IMG/VR virus record: IMGVR_UViG_3300044841_000028
Location: 1-58,057 of that record
Reading direction: 5' to 3' (one strand)
Length of the DNA: 58,057 nt
From: a virus
Taxonomy: Duplodnaviria > Caudoviricetes
The notes beneath the pieces are model-generated. The model was not told where the DNA came from and ran no database searches. It worked only from the letters and a program-made list of their open reading frames with translations. Shown here in pieces: positions 45,955 through 55,909 of this stretch; position 1 is the first letter of the stretch; the number at the start of each line of letters is the position of its first letter. Made by a program: the position numbers and the translations under genes.

Positions 45955-46046
45955 CAGAGGTCGTTTCTAATCAGGTTCCACGTGGGTCGGTTCGACGGGC
46001 GACGGCCGCCCTTCGGACGGGCACGCCACAACCAATAACGCCTCAT
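45954..46046 (-). CDS. 30-aa cationic Trp/Arg peptide MRRYWLWRARPKGGRRPSNRPTWNLIRNDL
   Basis: Exactly fills holin-lysB gap, ATGA overlap with holin stop and TGATG with lysB start. Confidence 0.6.
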   Translation of the reverse strand: MRRYWLWRARPKGGRRPSNRPTWNLIRNDL

Positions 46047-46375
46047 GCGTACGGGTCGCGGTAACCGCCAACCGACGGCGGGATGGCAGGCGATGCGGGG
46101 ATCTGCGCGGTGGCAACGACGACGCCGCCAATCACGTTGGGGTCCTTGTCCAACTGCTTCTGCGTGATCTTGTTGGCTGGGGAGAGCAACGCCAGAAGAG
46201 GCGGCAGGACGGTCGCGATCAGCAGCGTATACAGCTGATCCTTAGTCGTCGGTATTGGCGTCGTGCCCTGAACCCAGTTGATCAGCAGTCCTGCAATGGC
46301 ACCACCGACTGCCGCCGCGACAGCTTTGACCCAACGCTTGATGTATGTCGTGTAGAACAGCTTGATGGTGTTCAT
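46043..46375 (-). CDS. Holin (two TM)
   Basis: Between lysA and lysB; KAVAAAVG TM1 and second TM. Confidence 0.75.
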   Translation of the reverse strand: MNTIKLFYTTYIKRWVKAVAAAVGGAIAGLLINWVQGTTPIPTTKDQLYTLLIATVLPPLLALLSPANKITQKQLDKDPNVIGGVVVATAQIPASPAIPPSVGGYRDPYA

Positions 46376-48159
46376 GCCTGGACTCCATTCGTCGATGGAT
46401 CGATTGACTGCAGTGCTCTGGTCAGTGCGGTGCGCTGAGCGGCGTCCATGCTCAGCACGTGATCGGTGTAGTCCATGTTCGAATCCACCGCCCGCTGGAT
46501 CTTGTCGCCAGTGGTGTCCTCGGCCGTAGCAACCTCAGTGCTGACGACAGTCGGGGGTGGGGCAATCTGGTTGATTGCCGCCGCGGTCCTGTCTGCGATG
46601 TTCTGGGCGTCGGCGGGGCTGATAGTTGCGTTGACTACCTGCGGCACAGCGGGAGCGGTGTTGTTGACCACGGTCGGCACCGCACCAGTTGCCTTGAATG
46701 CCTTCTGAATTGCCGCCCGGAAGGAGATGAGTCCCAGGCACCACTCCTGGCCGTATTGCTGCAGCCACGCCTGATTGACGTTGCCCGCCCACGACGCCGG
46801 AGCCACACCCGTCGACGCGACGGTGTTGACGAACTGCTCCGCCAACGTCGTGCCGAACAGGTAACCCCATGTGATGTTGATGTTCTCGACGTTCCCGTCG
46901 AGGTTCCACAAAATCCCCAAGGGGGAATCGACGGGGTTGCCGTCGGGCACCATGAAAGACCGCGACGGCCCCTTCTTCTCCTTGCGGTACTCGTCGTACA
47001 GTTCGGTCAGCATCTGCAAAGCTGTCGGGTCGCTCATCCAATCGTCTCCTGAGTCTGTCGTTGTGCCTTGTACGTCGAGTGCTGCGAGTCCCATTGACTT
47101 GCAGTGGTTCCACCGGTCGGTGCGGTCCTGAAGGCCGTTGGTGCCACCGTTGATGGCCTTGGTGACACCGACGATGTCCCCCGCATCGCAGAGGGAGTTG
47201 ATCTGCGGGCGGGCGACCGTCCAATACCAGACCGGTCCGAGGAACCCGTACTGGTCGGTAGAGAGTTGAGTTGGGTTGTCGACGAAGAACGTCGGAGACG
47301 GGACGTAGCCCTTGCCGAACGCCCACTGGGACAGTTGGGAGTAGTTGTTGCGGCCCGTGATTTGGATGGGTCCACGGCCCTTGAACCGCACCCCATCCCC
47401 CGGTTGGGTGTTACCCAGATCCGAACGGCCCTCGTACTCCGAACCGGAAGCAATCTCTTCCATCCACTTCAGGCCACCGGACTCCTCACCCAACTGAGCC
47501 GCGAACATGGCCAGCCGGTTCAGGTTCCCCGACAGCCCAGCCTCAACACACGCCGCGCGGTAGCCGGGGAGCAACTGCGCGTAGCGGTCAAGGGAGACAG
47601 CGCCGCCCATCGCATCCGAAAGGTTCTGCGCAGTCAGACCAGCAGCAGGCGGTGGGGTGTTACCGCGGCGGTAGGTCGAGAAGCCGTCCGCGCGGATGTG
47701 GTCTTTGATCCACTGCCCCAGTTGGCCGCCGCGCTCCAAGTCGTAGCTGCCGTAATCCATCTGGTGGTGCATCTCGTCGACGTAGGCGTCGCTCCAGTCG
47801 CCCGCCCAGAACATGATGCCCCGCCAATAGGCCAGCAGGTCGCGTAAGCGTGCCAGCTTGTCCCCGTTGAGATTCCCGCGCTGCTTCCACGGGTAATATT
47901 CCCAGTTGAAATCCATTGCGGTGGCGTTCAAATGGTTGGATGTGGGCACGCTGTTGGTGGGTGTGTAGCAGGCCGTCATTCGGTCCACTAGGGGCTCTAC
48001 GTAGGCGTGGTAGTCGGCGGCGTAGGCCAGCATCGCGGTGCCTGCGTCGTCGTTTCGTACCTGCATCGTCACGTCTGAACCGGGGACGGTGCGCCACACC
48101 AGCAACGGATCGTTGGGGTTGATCCGGGGTGAGGGTTCCCAACCGTCTTCGGTGGGCAT
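46372..48159 (-). CDS. lysA: Lysin A (M15-type peptidase + GH19 + C-terminal domain)
   Basis: SNHLNATAMD...DEMH; ESGGL...FKGRGPIQITGRNNY...INGGTNG. Confidence 0.95.
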   Translation of the reverse strand: MPTEDGWEPSPRINPNDPLLVWRTVPGSDVTMQVRNDDAGTAMLAYAADYHAYVEPLVDRMTACYTPTNSVPTSNHLNATAMDFNWEYYPWKQRGNLNGDKLARLRDLLAYWRGIMFWAGDWSDAYVDEMHHQMDYGSYDLERGGQLGQWIKDHIRADGFSTYRRGNTPPPAAGLTAQNLSDAMGGAVSLDRYAQLLPGYRAACVEAGLSGNLNRLAMFAAQLGEESGGLKWMEEIASGSEYEGRSDLGNTQPGDGVRFKGRGPIQITGRNNYSQLSQWAFGKGYVPSPTFFVDNPTQLSTDQYGFLGPVWYWTVARPQINSLCDAGDIVGVTKAINGGTNGLQDRTDRWNHCKSMGLAALDVQGTTTDSGDDWMSDPTALQMLTELYDEYRKEKKGPSRSFMVPDGNPVDSPLGILWNLDGNVENINITWGYLFGTTLAEQFVNTVASTGVAPASWAGNVNQAWLQQYGQEWCLGLISFRAAIQKAFKATGAVPTVVNNTAPAVPQVVNATISPADAQNIADRTAAAINQIAPPPTVVSTEVATAEDTTGDKIQRAVDSNMDYTDHVLSMDAAQRTALTRALQSIDPSTNGVQA

Positions 48160-48455
48160 TACTTCGGTCGCCAGGCATCGAGGATGTCGTCGATCAGCGG
48201 GATGCCGATGTCGATATCAGGGATCAGGCGGTTCAAGTCGTCGCGGACGTTGTTGGCCACCGCCACAACGTCTTCGACAGAAGCAGTGACACCAGGAATC
48301 AGTCCGGCGAACGCATGCGCTGCACTCGCAGCGGCGAGCGGGATGAGTGGGGCGATCTTCTCGGTGATCAGATCGGAGAGCAGGTTCTTCAGCGTGGCTT
48401 GGACCTTCGGGTCGGAGAGCACGTTGACGAGCAGCTTGAGCAGGAACGCCTGCAT
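48159..48455 (-). CDS. Hypothetical amphipathic protein before lysA (possible lysin export chaperone)
   Basis: GAAAGG RBS, coupled to lysA start. Confidence 0.6.
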   Translation of the reverse strand: MQAFLLKLLVNVLSDPKVQATLKNLLSDLITEKIAPLIPLAAASAAHAFAGLIPGVTASVEDVVAVANNVRDDLNRLIPDIDIGIPLIDDILDAWRPK

Positions 48456-48473
48456 GGGTTGCCTTTCGTGGGT

Positions 48474-48632
48474 TTAGCGGAGTACGGGCACTAGCTCGGT
48501 GATTTCCATCTCGGCTTGCATCGCGGCGGTGTAGCCCATGTCGGCTTTGAATTCCTCGAGCCGCTCCCGGTCCTCGGAGATGGCGATGGGCCGGCCGCGG
48601 AAGCTGAGGACACAGCGGGTATCGGGGCTCAC
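48474..48632 (-). CDS. Small hypothetical protein (52 aa)
   Basis: GTGA-coupled to protease stop. Confidence 0.5.
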   Translation of the reverse strand: MSPDTRCVLSFRGRPIAISEDRERLEEFKADMGYTAAMQAEMEITELVPVLR

Positions 48633-49285
48633 TTGACGCCTACAGGTGCGGTGGCGTCGCCCTGGTCTGCGAGTAGCCGGGTGAAGGTGCTGAACGACAT
48701 ATGGAACCGGCCCCCCAACGCCCAACCGCTCCCCCAGGAGTTGAGGAACGTGAGAGTGGAGGTCGTGTAGTCAATTCCGAGGCAGAGGTATTCGTGACCG
48801 CCCGCAACGTCGCCGCTGATCTTCACGGTGCCCGACTTGTCGGGGGTGAACATCCCCTCATACCAGCTGGTTCCGACGATGACCGGTTGCAGTTGGATCG
48901 CTGCGGCGAAGTGGTCGAACCCGAACGCGTGCTTGTACCCGGTGAAGTAGCCGAGACTCTTGCCCGCCTTGGCTGCACCCAATCCGCTCGAGCCGTCATC
49001 GGTGGGCGGGTAGGTGTTGTCGGGAATCCCGTCGAGATGGGTTGCAAGCTCGTAGATGCGAACCGCGTCAGCCTCCGACAGATAGCCCTTCTTCCGGCTG
49101 GCTGCGAAGTAGTCGGTGTTGATGAGCTGCGCCGTCGCATTCCCGGTGCAGCTGCCCAACTCGCCCTGATCTAGGACGGGGGCGTGATGCCCCCACAAGA
49201 CACTCCGTGGGGTTCCGGCCTTCGAGGCTTGGTAGAGCCGGGAACGTTGGTCGTGATCGACGCGGCGGCCAAGAGCAGGCATCAA
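48629..49285 (-). CDS. Papain-like (C1) cysteine peptidase
   Basis: DQGELGSCTG, GGH, NSWG catalytic motifs. Confidence 0.88.
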   Translation of the reverse strand: MMPALGRRVDHDQRSRLYQASKAGTPRSVLWGHHAPVLDQGELGSCTGNATAQLINTDYFAASRKKGYLSEADAVRIYELATHLDGIPDNTYPPTDDGSSGLGAAKAGKSLGYFTGYKHAFGFDHFAAAIQLQPVIVGTSWYEGMFTPDKSGTVKISGDVAGGHEYLCLGIDYTTSTLTFLNSWGSGWALGGRFHMSFSTFTRLLADQGDATAPVGVK

Positions 49286-49294
49286 GAGGCCCTT

Positions 49295-49420
49295 TCAGAA
49301 GTGGAGATGGTGGTCGACGAAGGTTTCGCCGCCGAAGATCAGCCAGCAGCCCCCAGCGAGGGCGGCCACGATCACGCCGCAGAAGCAGCCGATGAGGCAG
49401 CCGAAGCCATACCGCGCCAT
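49295..49420 (-). CDS. 41-aa single-TM Cys/Gly-rich peptide
   Basis: GGAGGT RBS; MARYGFGCLIGCFCGVIVAALAGGCWLIFG. Confidence 0.6.
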   Translation of the reverse strand: MARYGFGCLIGCFCGVIVAALAGGCWLIFGGETFVDHHLHF

Positions 49421-49442
49421 TGCGGACCTCCCGAAGTAGGGA

Positions 49443-50024
49443 TCAAAGAATTGCGGTGACCGTGTTCGACGGGGCCGAAGTTTCGGAGCCGCCGTATCGG
49501 GTGCCGACCGTCACCGTGAACGTGTACTCCTGGCCAGTGATCAGACCATCACCCCTCAACGTCACAACGCCATCCGTGACCGACGTTTCGATGACGTCGA
49601 GCGCCGCATCACCGTCATGCACCGTGTAGGTGAACGGCCCGCACGGCGAAGTGGGCTCAGCAAAAGACACCGTGTACTGATCCGACGGAAGGGCCTCCAC
49701 CACCGGAGCCAACCCATCCCACACCAACGGAACATCAACGGTGAACGTCGAGATGAACTCCGAGTTGGTGAACGCGCCGACGTGCTGACCGTGGCACACC
49801 AGCCAGTCCCCTACCGCAGCAAGGATGTCCGGGGAACCCGGCTTGGTCAGCTTCACCGTCCACATGACGATGGTCGAATTCGGTTGCGGGAACGTCGTAG
49901 ACGCGGCAGCGTACCCGAGCCTGGCCGCCGCAATGAACGCTTCCGTCGCCGCATCCGGCTGGGCGGGGTCGAGCCGCCAGGCCAACGTCTGCGACGTTTC
50001 AATCGGTTCAACAACAAGACTCAT
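49443..50024 (-). CDS. Probable virion protein with C-terminal FN3 domain
   Basis: GLITGQEYTFTVTV...SAPSN. Confidence 0.65.
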   Translation of the reverse strand: MSLVVEPIETSQTLAWRLDPAQPDAATEAFIAAARLGYAAASTTFPQPNSTIVMWTVKLTKPGSPDILAAVGDWLVCHGQHVGAFTNSEFISTFTVDVPLVWDGLAPVVEALPSDQYTVSFAEPTSPCGPFTYTVHDGDAALDVIETSVTDGVVTLRGDGLITGQEYTFTVTVGTRYGGSETSAPSNTVTAIL

Positions 50025-50095
50025 GTGGTCTCCAAATGACGAAACCCCCAGCATGGCTAGGGGTTCACGGGGTTAATTTCTAACGGTGGAGACCA

Positions 50096-50503
50096 TCACA
50101 ACTTCAGGATTTTATTGCTTCCATTGTCGAAGGTCACACTCACGTCCCCTCCGTTTGGCGTGACTGGTAGCCCCGTAGCCGTGTCAATATATGCAATGAG
50201 TGGCGAAGTGGACTGTGTCCCAGTGTCTTTCCAGATGATCAACGCTTCGCACGATGTGCCGGTGACTGCGGTGAACGTGATGTCGGCTGCGTCGGCGACG
50301 CCGGCTGTGGTGGTCTTCGATGTCAGCGCTGACGAGGTGGCGATCTTCGAGCCGGTGGCGACGTCGGAGGCGAATTGGTGGGTGGATAGGTTGACGGTGT
50401 AGGCGCCGGTGTCGACGAGGTACACCTTGATGGTGTCGGAGGTCCAGTTGATGCCTCCGTTCAAGAATGCTTCCCTGCCTTTATCGTAAATTGCGTTACT
50501 CAT
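50096..50503 (-). CDS. Small tail-associated structural protein
   Basis: GAAAGGA RBS; DAADITFT...LIAYID...TPNGGD actinophage structural family. Confidence 0.75.
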   Translation of the reverse strand: MSNAIYDKGREAFLNGGINWTSDTIKVYLVDTGAYTVNLSTHQFASDVATGSKIATSSALTSKTTTAGVADAADITFTAVTGTSCEALIIWKDTGTQSTSPLIAYIDTATGLPVTPNGGDVSVTFDNGSNKILKL

Positions 50504-50567
50504 GTGGTGGTTTCCTTTCGTTTGTGCAGCACAAATAGTCCGCCGGGTGGCGGTTGACGTTTGCTAC

Positions 50568-52568
50568 TTAGGAGAGGCGGACGTAGACGCTGCCCCATTC
50601 GATTCCTGATGGGGGCGATGCCGTGAACGTCGCATTGGCCGTCGCGTCAGAGATCGACGTGCGGGCGTTGGACGTACCCGAGATGTTGTTGCAGCGGTTG
50701 GTGCCGCCGGACAACGTGCCTAGCGACATCGCGGATGCCGCGATGCCACCGAACACTTGGACGATCAGCAGACCGGTAGAGATGGTCGCCGCGTGCGAAG
50801 GGCCGAAGCCCGTTCCGAACGTCGTCGTAGCAGCAGACACCGAGGAGACGCCTGCGTAGGACACCGAGCTACCTGCGTAGCCGGTGACCGAACCGGAGAA
50901 CGTAACGACGATGGTCTTCGCGCCAGCGGATACACCGGCGAGCCGGAAGATTTGAGTAGAGCCGTTGGAAGAAATGTTGTTGTTGTTGACCGATCCGACC
51001 GAGGTCATCGCGGTCCCACCGCACGTAGCTGTCACAGTGACGTTGCCGAAGCAGACGGCCGAGACGAACACATCCGCCGTTCCGGCGTTGGTGTGCGTCC
51101 ACGTCATCGAGGTACCTGCACCGACGACGCCGGTGTTGACTGCGTCCAGCGAGATACCCGCGACGTGGGCCGTAGCCGAGCCGAAGGCTTCGGCGGAAGC
51201 TATGCCAGTTCCACCGACGTTCATGTTCAGCTGGGCCGTGCCGAACGCACCAGCCGTAGCGATGCCGGACGGTGCAAGGTTGGTAACCCCTACACCGACC
51301 GTCGAAGAACCGAACACCTCCGTTGATGAGATGCCGGTCCCGGTGATGTTCAGGTTCAACTGAGCAGTGCCGAACGCTTGCGCGGACGTGATACCGGACG
51401 GGCTGACGGTGGTGATACCGGCTCCGACAGTCGGAGAGCCGAACGCTTCGCCGGAAGCGATGGCCGTTGCGGTCAGGGTCTGCGGGCTAGCGACGAAGAC
51501 CGTAGATGAGCCGAACGCTTCGCCGGAAGGTATACCGGAAGGCGAGATCAGCGGAACGGTGGCGAGCAGGGTGTGATTAGAGCCCACCCAGTGCTCGTTC
51601 GTTGGAGAGGACACCGTGCCGGTGAACGTAGTCGATGCAGCCGCGCTGTCGGAGATCGTCAGGTGCGCGTAGGGGCTAGATGCGTTGTACCGGTTGGTTC
51701 CACCCGAGAGGCTGGACACCGACCCGCCTGGCGTCGACTGGGTGCCTGCGAACGACTGGACCGCCAGCTGTGCTGACGTGGTCGTAGCGGACTGCGACAA
51801 CGAACCAGAGTTCGTTACCGACGTGTTCGTTGCCGAACTCACCGATGACACCCCGAGGTATGACACGGAGTTCGACGAGGCGTAAACGGAGGGGACGCCG
51901 CCGTTGAACGAGACGGTGACGTTCTTCGTCCCGCCTGGAATGCCTGCGAGGCCGTACCGGTAGAACCAGGCCCCGCCCGTCAGGTCAACGGAGGCGATCT
52001 GCGTCATCGCTACGCCGTCGTAGGTGACGGAGAACGAAGACACCGTGCCTGCGAATACGATGCTCACGATCACGTACGCACCGACCGACCCGTTGTGCGA
52101 GTACGAGAAATCGGTAAAGAACCCGGTGTGGGCGCTGAAGCCGGCTCCTATCGAGTCGAGCCGGGGAGGGCTGGGGATCGTGATCAACCCGAAGTCCTCA
52201 GCCGAGGGAATGCCGACTGCCTCAATCAGCCAACCCCGGATCAGGGTAGGAACTCCCAGCGCTTCCGCTGAGGGGATTCCGTTGGCCCGGGCGATCTGGT
52301 TCTCGGCGTTGGCAACTACCGGCTCTCCGAAGCCCTCTTCGTCTATGCCGGTGAGGGCTATCGACTGGTCGTACGTCAACAACGTCGAGCCGAATGCCTC
52401 CGCGGAGGGGATTCCGGTGATGCCGATGAGCTTGCCCAGACTGGGGGTGCCCACGGCCTCTGCGGAGGGGATTCCGACGAGCGAGTCGACGAATGCTGCC
52501 GCCCACCAATACGTCCCGCCTGGGACGACCGGAGTTGATCCGAACAGATTGGTAAAGGGGAGCGTCAT
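50568..52568 (-). CDS. Tail fibre-like minor tail protein with GIxSxEAFG repeats and two duplicated beta domains
   Basis: About 11 GI(P/A/T/S)SxEAFG-like repeats; SVSY.GVSSVS.AT and LSGGTNR occur twice. Confidence 0.8.
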   Translation of the reverse strand: MTLPFTNLFGSTPVVPGGTYWWAAAFVDSLVGIPSAEAVGTPSLGKLIGITGIPSAEAFGSTLLTYDQSIALTGIDEEGFGEPVVANAENQIARANGIPSAEALGVPTLIRGWLIEAVGIPSAEDFGLITIPSPPRLDSIGAGFSAHTGFFTDFSYSHNGSVGAYVIVSIVFAGTVSSFSVTYDGVAMTQIASVDLTGGAWFYRYGLAGIPGGTKNVTVSFNGGVPSVYASSNSVSYLGVSSVSSATNTSVTNSGSLSQSATTTSAQLAVQSFAGTQSTPGGSVSSLSGGTNRYNASSPYAHLTISDSAAASTTFTGTVSSPTNEHWVGSNHTLLATVPLISPSGIPSGEAFGSSTVFVASPQTLTATAIASGEAFGSPTVGAGITTVSPSGITSAQAFGTAQLNLNITGTGISSTEVFGSSTVGVGVTNLAPSGIATAGAFGTAQLNMNVGGTGIASAEAFGSATAHVAGISLDAVNTGVVGAGTSMTWTHTNAGTADVFVSAVCFGNVTVTATCGGTAMTSVGSVNNNNISSNGSTQIFRLAGVSAGAKTIVVTFSGSVTGYAGSSVSYAGVSSVSAATTTFGTGFGPSHAATISTGLLIVQVFGGIAASAMSLGTLSGGTNRCNNISGTSNARTSISDATANATFTASPPSGIEWGSVYVRLS

Positions 52569-55500
52569 AGTTGTTTCACCGTGAGCCACCCAGACCCATC
52601 TGCTCCGGCACCGACCGGCATCACGCCGAGGAGGCCGAACAGACCCGCACTACCGCCGCCGCCGCCGCCGCCCGGTTTGGCGCCGGATTGTCCGGCGGCT
52701 ACTTCCTGCCCGCCGAAATACCTGCGCCCCTCCCACGTCTGATCAGGAGAGCCTTGACCCTTCTCGTTGGCGGATTTAGCCGTCCTGCCACCGGCTGCGG
52801 TCAGGGTCGTCACACCGGTACCAGACAGGGTGGTGGCGGTGCCGTCCGCGCCCGCTGCGCCGCCAGCGCCGACGGTGACCGTCAAACTGGTAGTCGTCAG
52901 CGGGATGTTGGTTCCGTAGACGAGGGTGGCGAGTACCCACTTGCCTGCCTCACCGCCGAATCCGACCGCCCCGAACCCCGCGAGTTCACCACCGGCCCCG
53001 GCGCCGTTGAGTGCGACGTCGATCCGGTCTCCGGCTTGGATATAAGACGGGATGGCGAACGTGTGGGTTCCCGGGGTCTTCTCAGACCACCGGGTATCCG
53101 GCTGGTAGTCAGGTGGAACGTTCGCGACGCCGAAGACCACGAACGGTTCAGTGTTGCCGAACGTCAGCGCAGAAGACGAGACAGTAGACGGGGAAACCCC
53201 GCCCGTGCTGGCCGTCGCCCTGGATGCGCCGTAGTTGGTGAACACCGAACTCGGATGATTCGGCAGGTTCAGCGGGCTACCACCGTCGTTGATGACGACT
53301 TTGCTTCCAACCAAGTCGACCGACGTTCCCTGTGCAACGACCTCCAACGCCACCAGCATCGACGCCGACACGTTGATCTCACTCACCCCGGGGAGCGTCA
53401 CCGAGATCCAGTCCATCGTGGAACTGATGGAGGCGGAGATGTCACCCGAGGACCACAGCCGATCAGTCCAGTCGCCCGTCACCGGGTCGACGGTGTAGAC
53501 GTTGAGGTACACCCCCGTGCCCGAACAGCGGGCCAGGATTTCGATGAACCCCTTCCGCGCTGCCTGAGCGCAGTTGATGAACCCCGCCAGCGTGTGACCT
53601 GAAGCCACCGTCACCGTCGACAGTGGAGCAGTCGCCAATGAGAACGTCGCCTCACCCGTCGGTTGAAGACCATTCGACAGCGGTTGGACCGAGTTGTTCG
53701 CCAACTGCTGCTGCTGACTGATGGACAACTCCAACGCCGACGAGGCATTGAGTGCCACCTGCCCTTGCGCTTCGAACAGGGCGCCGAGTCCGGAGCCGGT
53801 CATGTCCTGCTGGGTGGCTGCGGCGGTGGCGCCGTCGATCAAGTTCTGATACGCGGTCAGCATGTCGGCGATGCCCTGCGGCCCCTGCACAGACGACCCG
53901 GGCAGCGTCGGAATGTTCTGAATGTTCGCCAACAAACTCGCGTCGATCAACGAGGAGACTTCTAGCCGACCTTCGTCGAACCAGACGGTTCCGGTGGTCA
54001 TCGCATCCGGTTCCACGTCGAACACCAACCGTGCCGTCGCAGCCCCTGGGGGCATCACGAACGACGCTTCCAAATCCACCCACCCTCCGGACGCGGAGTC
54101 CGGGTCGGAGATGGTGGCATCCGTGGCGATGACACTGATCGTCGGATGGTCTAGGCCGGTGATGAGCGGGCCGGGAATCGTGTTGCCGAAGGCGTCCTTG
54201 GTATCCGGCCCGTAGGCGTTGATCCCGACGAGGATCGAAGGACCCTCGGAGACGACGTTGACCCACTGCACCGAAGCCTTCCCGACGACCACCTGTAAGG
54301 GTTGAACGGCGACCTGGACGCCCTCCAACTGGTGCCGCGCCCCTACCAGCGGGGGGGTGACTTCGTCGGCGTGGGAGTTGATCTCGTCCATGACGATCTC
54401 GAAGTACGTCCGATGATCCCCCGTGGACAGGAACGGTTGCACCAGATAATGGGATTCAGCGTGCGGAGTGCCCAAAAGCGTGTTGGCTGCGGTGACCAAC
54501 GCGAACCCCGGGTTGGAGAGCGTTGCGGTGATCAGGATCGTGTAGAACGTGATGGCGTCGTAGGTCTGGGCTGCTGCGGTCTGCGCTACCAGATCCCGAA
54601 GCCCGGTCTCCGCAGGCGTGGTATTGCCTAGCGCCGCGTAAGGATCACCCGTCGTGAAGGTGATGCCGTCGATCTCGTCGTACGCCGGGTAGGTTCCCGC
54701 TTCGAGTGCCCACTCCCACCAACGGTCCTCGGTGTCGGTCAAGGTCGTCGGGTAGACGCCCCACCCCCCGGCAGGGGTGTAGTCCGGGCCGCCGGGGAAC
54801 CGGCGGTCCTTCTGGCGGCGGATGTTGCCGAACACGAACCCGTTCAACAAGTCAGCGTCGCGGGCGGTCAAAGACCCGTGCCTGATCTCGTCGTACACCA
54901 TCGACATCACGCCAGCACCCTGTGACAAACCCATGAGGATGAACTTGCCGGGGGTTTTGTTGATCAGGTCGATGACCGACCGAGCGCCTTCTGCTAGTGA
55001 TCCGCCCATCGGATACAGGGCACCCGGGTAGGGGACGTTGATGACGTCGAAGTGCGTCCAGTCCAACAGGTTTTCGCCGACGACCTCGAAGGTGCCTGCG
55101 TCGTTGACGGTGTTCACCGACGACAGATGCTTCAGGTAAGAAGCCGGATCGGGCCACGCCCACAGGTTCGCTCCGGGGGACTGCTCCCACGTACCCCCAC
55201 ACCAATAGATGGTGATGGTCTCGGTCCGCTTGGTGCGGACACAACCGGACGTCCCCCACGTGGTGGAGCCCTTACCGGGCCAGTCGTACACCCACAATCC
55301 CTGACCGGCGACCGAAGTCTGGTTGGCGAACGACGCATCCGGCAGCAGGTTGTTCGACGTACCCGGGGTCAATGCAGTCAGCAGGTTCGCCGGGATCGGG
55401 GTGTTGGACGTCAAAGCGCCTGCGCCGACGAGCTTCTCGAGCAGCATCTTCATCGCCGTGTCCGGGTTGAACGTTCCCGGGGTGACCGTTCCCCCACCGT

Positions 55501-55909
55501 TGCCGTCCGGTGGGGTTGTACCCCCGGTTCCGCCGGTACCCAATCCTGATCCGCCGAGCCCCAGCGCGCCGAGGAAGTCTTCGAAGAACTGGCTGAGTTG
55601 GTCGAGAGGGTTGCTTGAGGCGCCGCCGCTAAGTCCGGTGATGGCTGCGGCAATTTCCTCGATGATGCCGCCGATGGAGTCGATGAGCCCACTAGCCCAC
55701 GCCGACAACTGCTCGCCCGCGGGTCCGGGGAGTAGGACGCCGATGATGGAGAGTACGACTTCCTTCAGGATGCCTTCGATGAGGTTCTTACCCCACGCAA
55801 TGATCTGCGTCTGATCCGGTAACTGAGCGCCAGGAACCTCAGCGGGGGGAGTATGAACCGAGGGTAGGGGTGTGACTTCTTGACCCCAGTTCGGATCAGC
55901 AGACGTCAT
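52565..55909 (-). CDS. Large minor tail protein with LysB/cutinase-like esterase domain and Gly-rich C-terminus
   Basis: GLSQG, FGNIRR, GDPY, PH motifs; GAGAGG/GGGGGG C-terminal domain. Confidence 0.85.
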   Translation of the reverse strand: MTSADPNWGQEVTPLPSVHTPPAEVPGAQLPDQTQIIAWGKNLIEGILKEVVLSIIGVLLPGPAGEQLSAWASGLIDSIGGIIEEIAAAITGLSGGASSNPLDQLSQFFEDFLGALGLGGSGLGTGGTGGTTPPDGNGGGTVTPGTFNPDTAMKMLLEKLVGAGALTSNTPIPANLLTALTPGTSNNLLPDASFANQTSVAGQGLWVYDWPGKGSTTWGTSGCVRTKRTETITIYWCGGTWEQSPGANLWAWPDPASYLKHLSSVNTVNDAGTFEVVGENLLDWTHFDVINVPYPGALYPMGGSLAEGARSVIDLINKTPGKFILMGLSQGAGVMSMVYDEIRHGSLTARDADLLNGFVFGNIRRQKDRRFPGGPDYTPAGGWGVYPTTLTDTEDRWWEWALEAGTYPAYDEIDGITFTTGDPYAALGNTTPAETGLRDLVAQTAAAQTYDAITFYTILITATLSNPGFALVTAANTLLGTPHAESHYLVQPFLSTGDHRTYFEIVMDEINSHADEVTPPLVGARHQLEGVQVAVQPLQVVVGKASVQWVNVVSEGPSILVGINAYGPDTKDAFGNTIPGPLITGLDHPTISVIATDATISDPDSASGGWVDLEASFVMPPGAATARLVFDVEPDAMTTGTVWFDEGRLEVSSLIDASLLANIQNIPTLPGSSVQGPQGIADMLTAYQNLIDGATAAATQQDMTGSGLGALFEAQGQVALNASSALELSISQQQQLANNSVQPLSNGLQPTGEATFSLATAPLSTVTVASGHTLAGFINCAQAARKGFIEILARCSGTGVYLNVYTVDPVTGDWTDRLWSSGDISASISSTMDWISVTLPGVSEINVSASMLVALEVVAQGTSVDLVGSKVVINDGGSPLNLPNHPSSVFTNYGASRATASTGGVSPSTVSSSALTFGNTEPFVVFGVANVPPDYQPDTRWSEKTPGTHTFAIPSYIQAGDRIDVALNGAGAGGELAGFGAVGFGGEAGKWVLATLVYGTNIPLTTTSLTVTVGAGGAAGADGTATTLSGTGVTTLTAAGGRTAKSANEKGQGSPDQTWEGRRYFGGQEVAAGQSGAKPGGGGGGGSAGLFGLLGVMPVGAGADGSGWLTVKQL

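Noticed and set aside
45955-46042. Second hairpin-ACAACC insert or ncRNA between holin and lysB
   Set aside because: The CACAACCAA match is on the non-coding strand and the gap is fully explained by a coupled 30-codon ORF.
50568-55909. Diversity-generating retroelement acting on tail genes
   Set aside because: No reverse transcriptase and no template/variable repeat pair differing at adenines seen.
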